A stretch of 64,000 nucleotides of DNA from Octopus sinensis (taxonomy: Eukaryota): assembly GCF_006345805.1 (NCBI RefSeq), contig NC_043017.1, positions 10,912,001 to 10,976,000 of the forward strand, in the 5' to 3' direction. The notes beneath the pieces were generated by a model. It was not told the origin of the DNA and ran no database searches. It worked only from the letters and a program-made list of their open reading frames with translations. Positions 61,875 to 64,000 of the stretch are shown here, in pieces. Numbering within the stretch: position 1 is the first letter of the stretch; every line of letters begins with the position of its first letter. The translations under genes were made by a program, and so were the position numbers.

Positions 61875-62890
61875 GTCAGTGATCTCCCTTCATTAACTCA
61901 CCCTTCCTCCCTTCTCTTGCAGAAACAACGAAGGGCGTTACTGTGTTTACTTGACTTGCTAGAAATAGCAGCTGGTGTATTTTCCTATACACTCGCCGAT
62001 ATTTTATATAGCGTAAACATTCAAACATCGTCATAGTCTTATATCAAATCTTGCTACATTACACGAGGAGTTTTGGGTCCTCTAAGGTCGACCAACTTTT
62101 TTTTTTCTCTCTGTAAATATTCAGCTAAAAATCTCGAGTTGTATGTCTGAAAATTCGGTGTATATTCTTTAAAAACACGTCGTAGCATCTTAATAGAAAA
62201 AAATGGAATAGCACATTTGGATGCACAAGAAGCACAATACTTTTAATTAAAGGTGTTTTCGGCTAGAGCTGAGGTAGGGTTAAAATAACAGGTTTTTTTT
62301 TTGCTGTATCAATGAGAGGGCCTTAATTTTGTCGTCCAACTAAAAATATCAGCCAAAATCTCAATCCTGACAGAACACGGAGTTATCTCCCTTGTGGAAT
62401 ACATGCATATACACACACACACATCTCAGCCATGTAGTCGTGTTGCAACACCGTAAGTGAAACTGTTCTATACTATCCTCCAGCATAACTGGTGGCTCTG
62501 TAGATAACAGAATTTAATGGTTCGGTTTTCTTGACCCCTGACTTGAGGGCAATATTTTATGTCCATTATATATGAAGACTGTTAACTTTTTTGTCTCACG
62601 CCAATCTGACAAAATATCACGCAAGTTTTATGAATTATCTTCCCTTGGTTAATCAAATGTTATCTCCCTTTGCTGTCACTACTGAAAATATAAAACTGCC
62701 TTGTCGAGAGCTTTATCTACATTCCATATACTAGCAATTATAGATAACCCCAGATATCAGTTTATCTTTCGTTAGTGTCTCTGTGATGCCTTACTTTATC
62801 CCTCACTACACATAACTGCCAATAATATCACCAGATCAGGAGACAGCATTGAGACAACAATCCCCTATCCAGGGAGAGTTTTATCTCCCA

Positions 62891-63472
62891 ATGACTAGAG
62901 ACCTAGACCTTTGGAAGTATGCTGTGCATGAGAAGACCCGACAGGACAAGTGAGACCATCACCCATGGCCTCAGTCCACTTATGCACACCTTTCCTTCTT
63001 GAGACACAAAACTCTACTTGTGAAGACCAGTTGAGGCAAGTGAAAATCAAAATCGATCAACATCAATGAAAATTGTAGCTGTGATAGCAGTGCCAGTGGC
63101 ACATAAGAGAACCATCCGAACGTGGCCGTTGCCAGTGCCGCCCCGACTGGCCTCCATGCCGGTGTCATGTAAAAAGCACCATCCGATCGTGGCCGTTTGC
63201 CAGCCTCGCCTGGCCTCCGTACCGGTGTCACGTAAAAAGCACCATCCGATCGTGGCCGTTTGCCAGCCTCGTCTGGCTCCTGTGCCGGTGGCACGTAAAA
63301 AGCACCCACTACACTCACGGAGTGGTTGGCATTAGGAAGGGCATCCAGCTGTAGAAACATTGCCAGATCAGACTGGGCCTGGTGCAGCCTTCGGGCTTCA
63401 CAGACCCCAGTTCAACCGTCCAACCCATGCCAGCATGGAAAGCGGACGCTAAACGATGATGATGATGATGAT
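62891..63472 (+). mobile_element. RTE LINE 3' end (MTRDLDLWKYAVHEKTRQDK* plus UTR with ~60-bp repeats and GAT tail)
   Basis: RTE-type terminal DR..W..AV motif followed by the UTR family. Confidence 0.8.
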
Positions 63473-63796
63473 TCTGCATTAATACACTTTAGGTAGGAAT
63501 AAGTACTACCAGATCATCTGGGGAATATGTCTTATGGTAGCCTAAGGTCACTTCCAGGAGGAAATTTTTCTCTCATCACAGTGTCTCTGTAACAATACAC
63601 TATATACAACATAACTTCATTTCATCCTAGTTGCTCATTGTAGCAATAAGTACAACTGGATCATGCAGAGAATGCTGCCTGTGATAGACTAGTGCCCTAT
63701 CCAGGAGCACATTTATTTCTTCTCACTTATTTACTCTGCACTCCTCTTCCTTTTCATACTAATATTTATTTTCTCTCTCTCTCTCTCTCTCAACAG

Positions 63797-63910
63797 GACA
63801 AAGAATTAGAGCTTGAGACTCTAGAGAATATCCTTGGGTCTGGAACACCGCATCAGCTGCAAGAATACAAAGAGTTATATGGTTCAACACAATCTCTCGG
63901 CAGACTCTAA
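63797..63910 (+). CDS. CNKSR: Last coding exon (DKELELETLENILGSGTPHQLQEYKELYGSTQSLGRL*)
   Basis: Strong CT tract plus caacag. Continues the coiled-coil-like LKRSLK-DKELELETLENIL and ends at TAA. Confidence 0.88.
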   Translation, partial: DKELELETLENILGSGTPHQLQEYKELYGSTQSLGRL

Positions 63911-64000
63911 GTAAATTTCTTTACTAAGGAGACATTCTTCAACTGCTCTCTCTCCTCTTGGTTGCAGGGAGGGTGGGGGAGCAGGGTGGTGTGTACGCTG

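Overview
AT-rich, repeat-dense animal genomic DNA. The tRNA-headed SINE families, RTE/CR1 LINE 3' ends and long TA/CA microsatellites look like an octopod cephalopod (inference, no database check). The window holds the 3' part of one + strand multi-exon gene of the CNK (connector enhancer of KSR; CNKSR/IPCEF1) scaffold family. Ten exons from 14346 to the stop at 63910 join with consistent splice phases. They encode a linker, a PH domain ([21 protein letters not shown]...FAFKVHNAGTTFYFASERQDDMSKWMNKM) and the conserved C-terminal helical region. A possible upstream exon lies at 495-590. Nearly all long ORFs in the supplied track are microsatellite or SINE artefacts. The introns contain SINEs, LINE remnants (RTE, CR1, an R4/Dong-like piece in a TAA repeat), a Helitron helicase fossil, several MITEs and minisatellites. 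The most unusual signal is a set of minimal type I hammerhead-ribozyme folds of the kind carried by Penelope-like elements. Two copies in different sequence contexts share the same non-canonical core, CCGACGA instead of CUGANGA. A third, degenerate copy has a long stem II, and a fourth half-ribozyme sits inside a fold-back hairpin.
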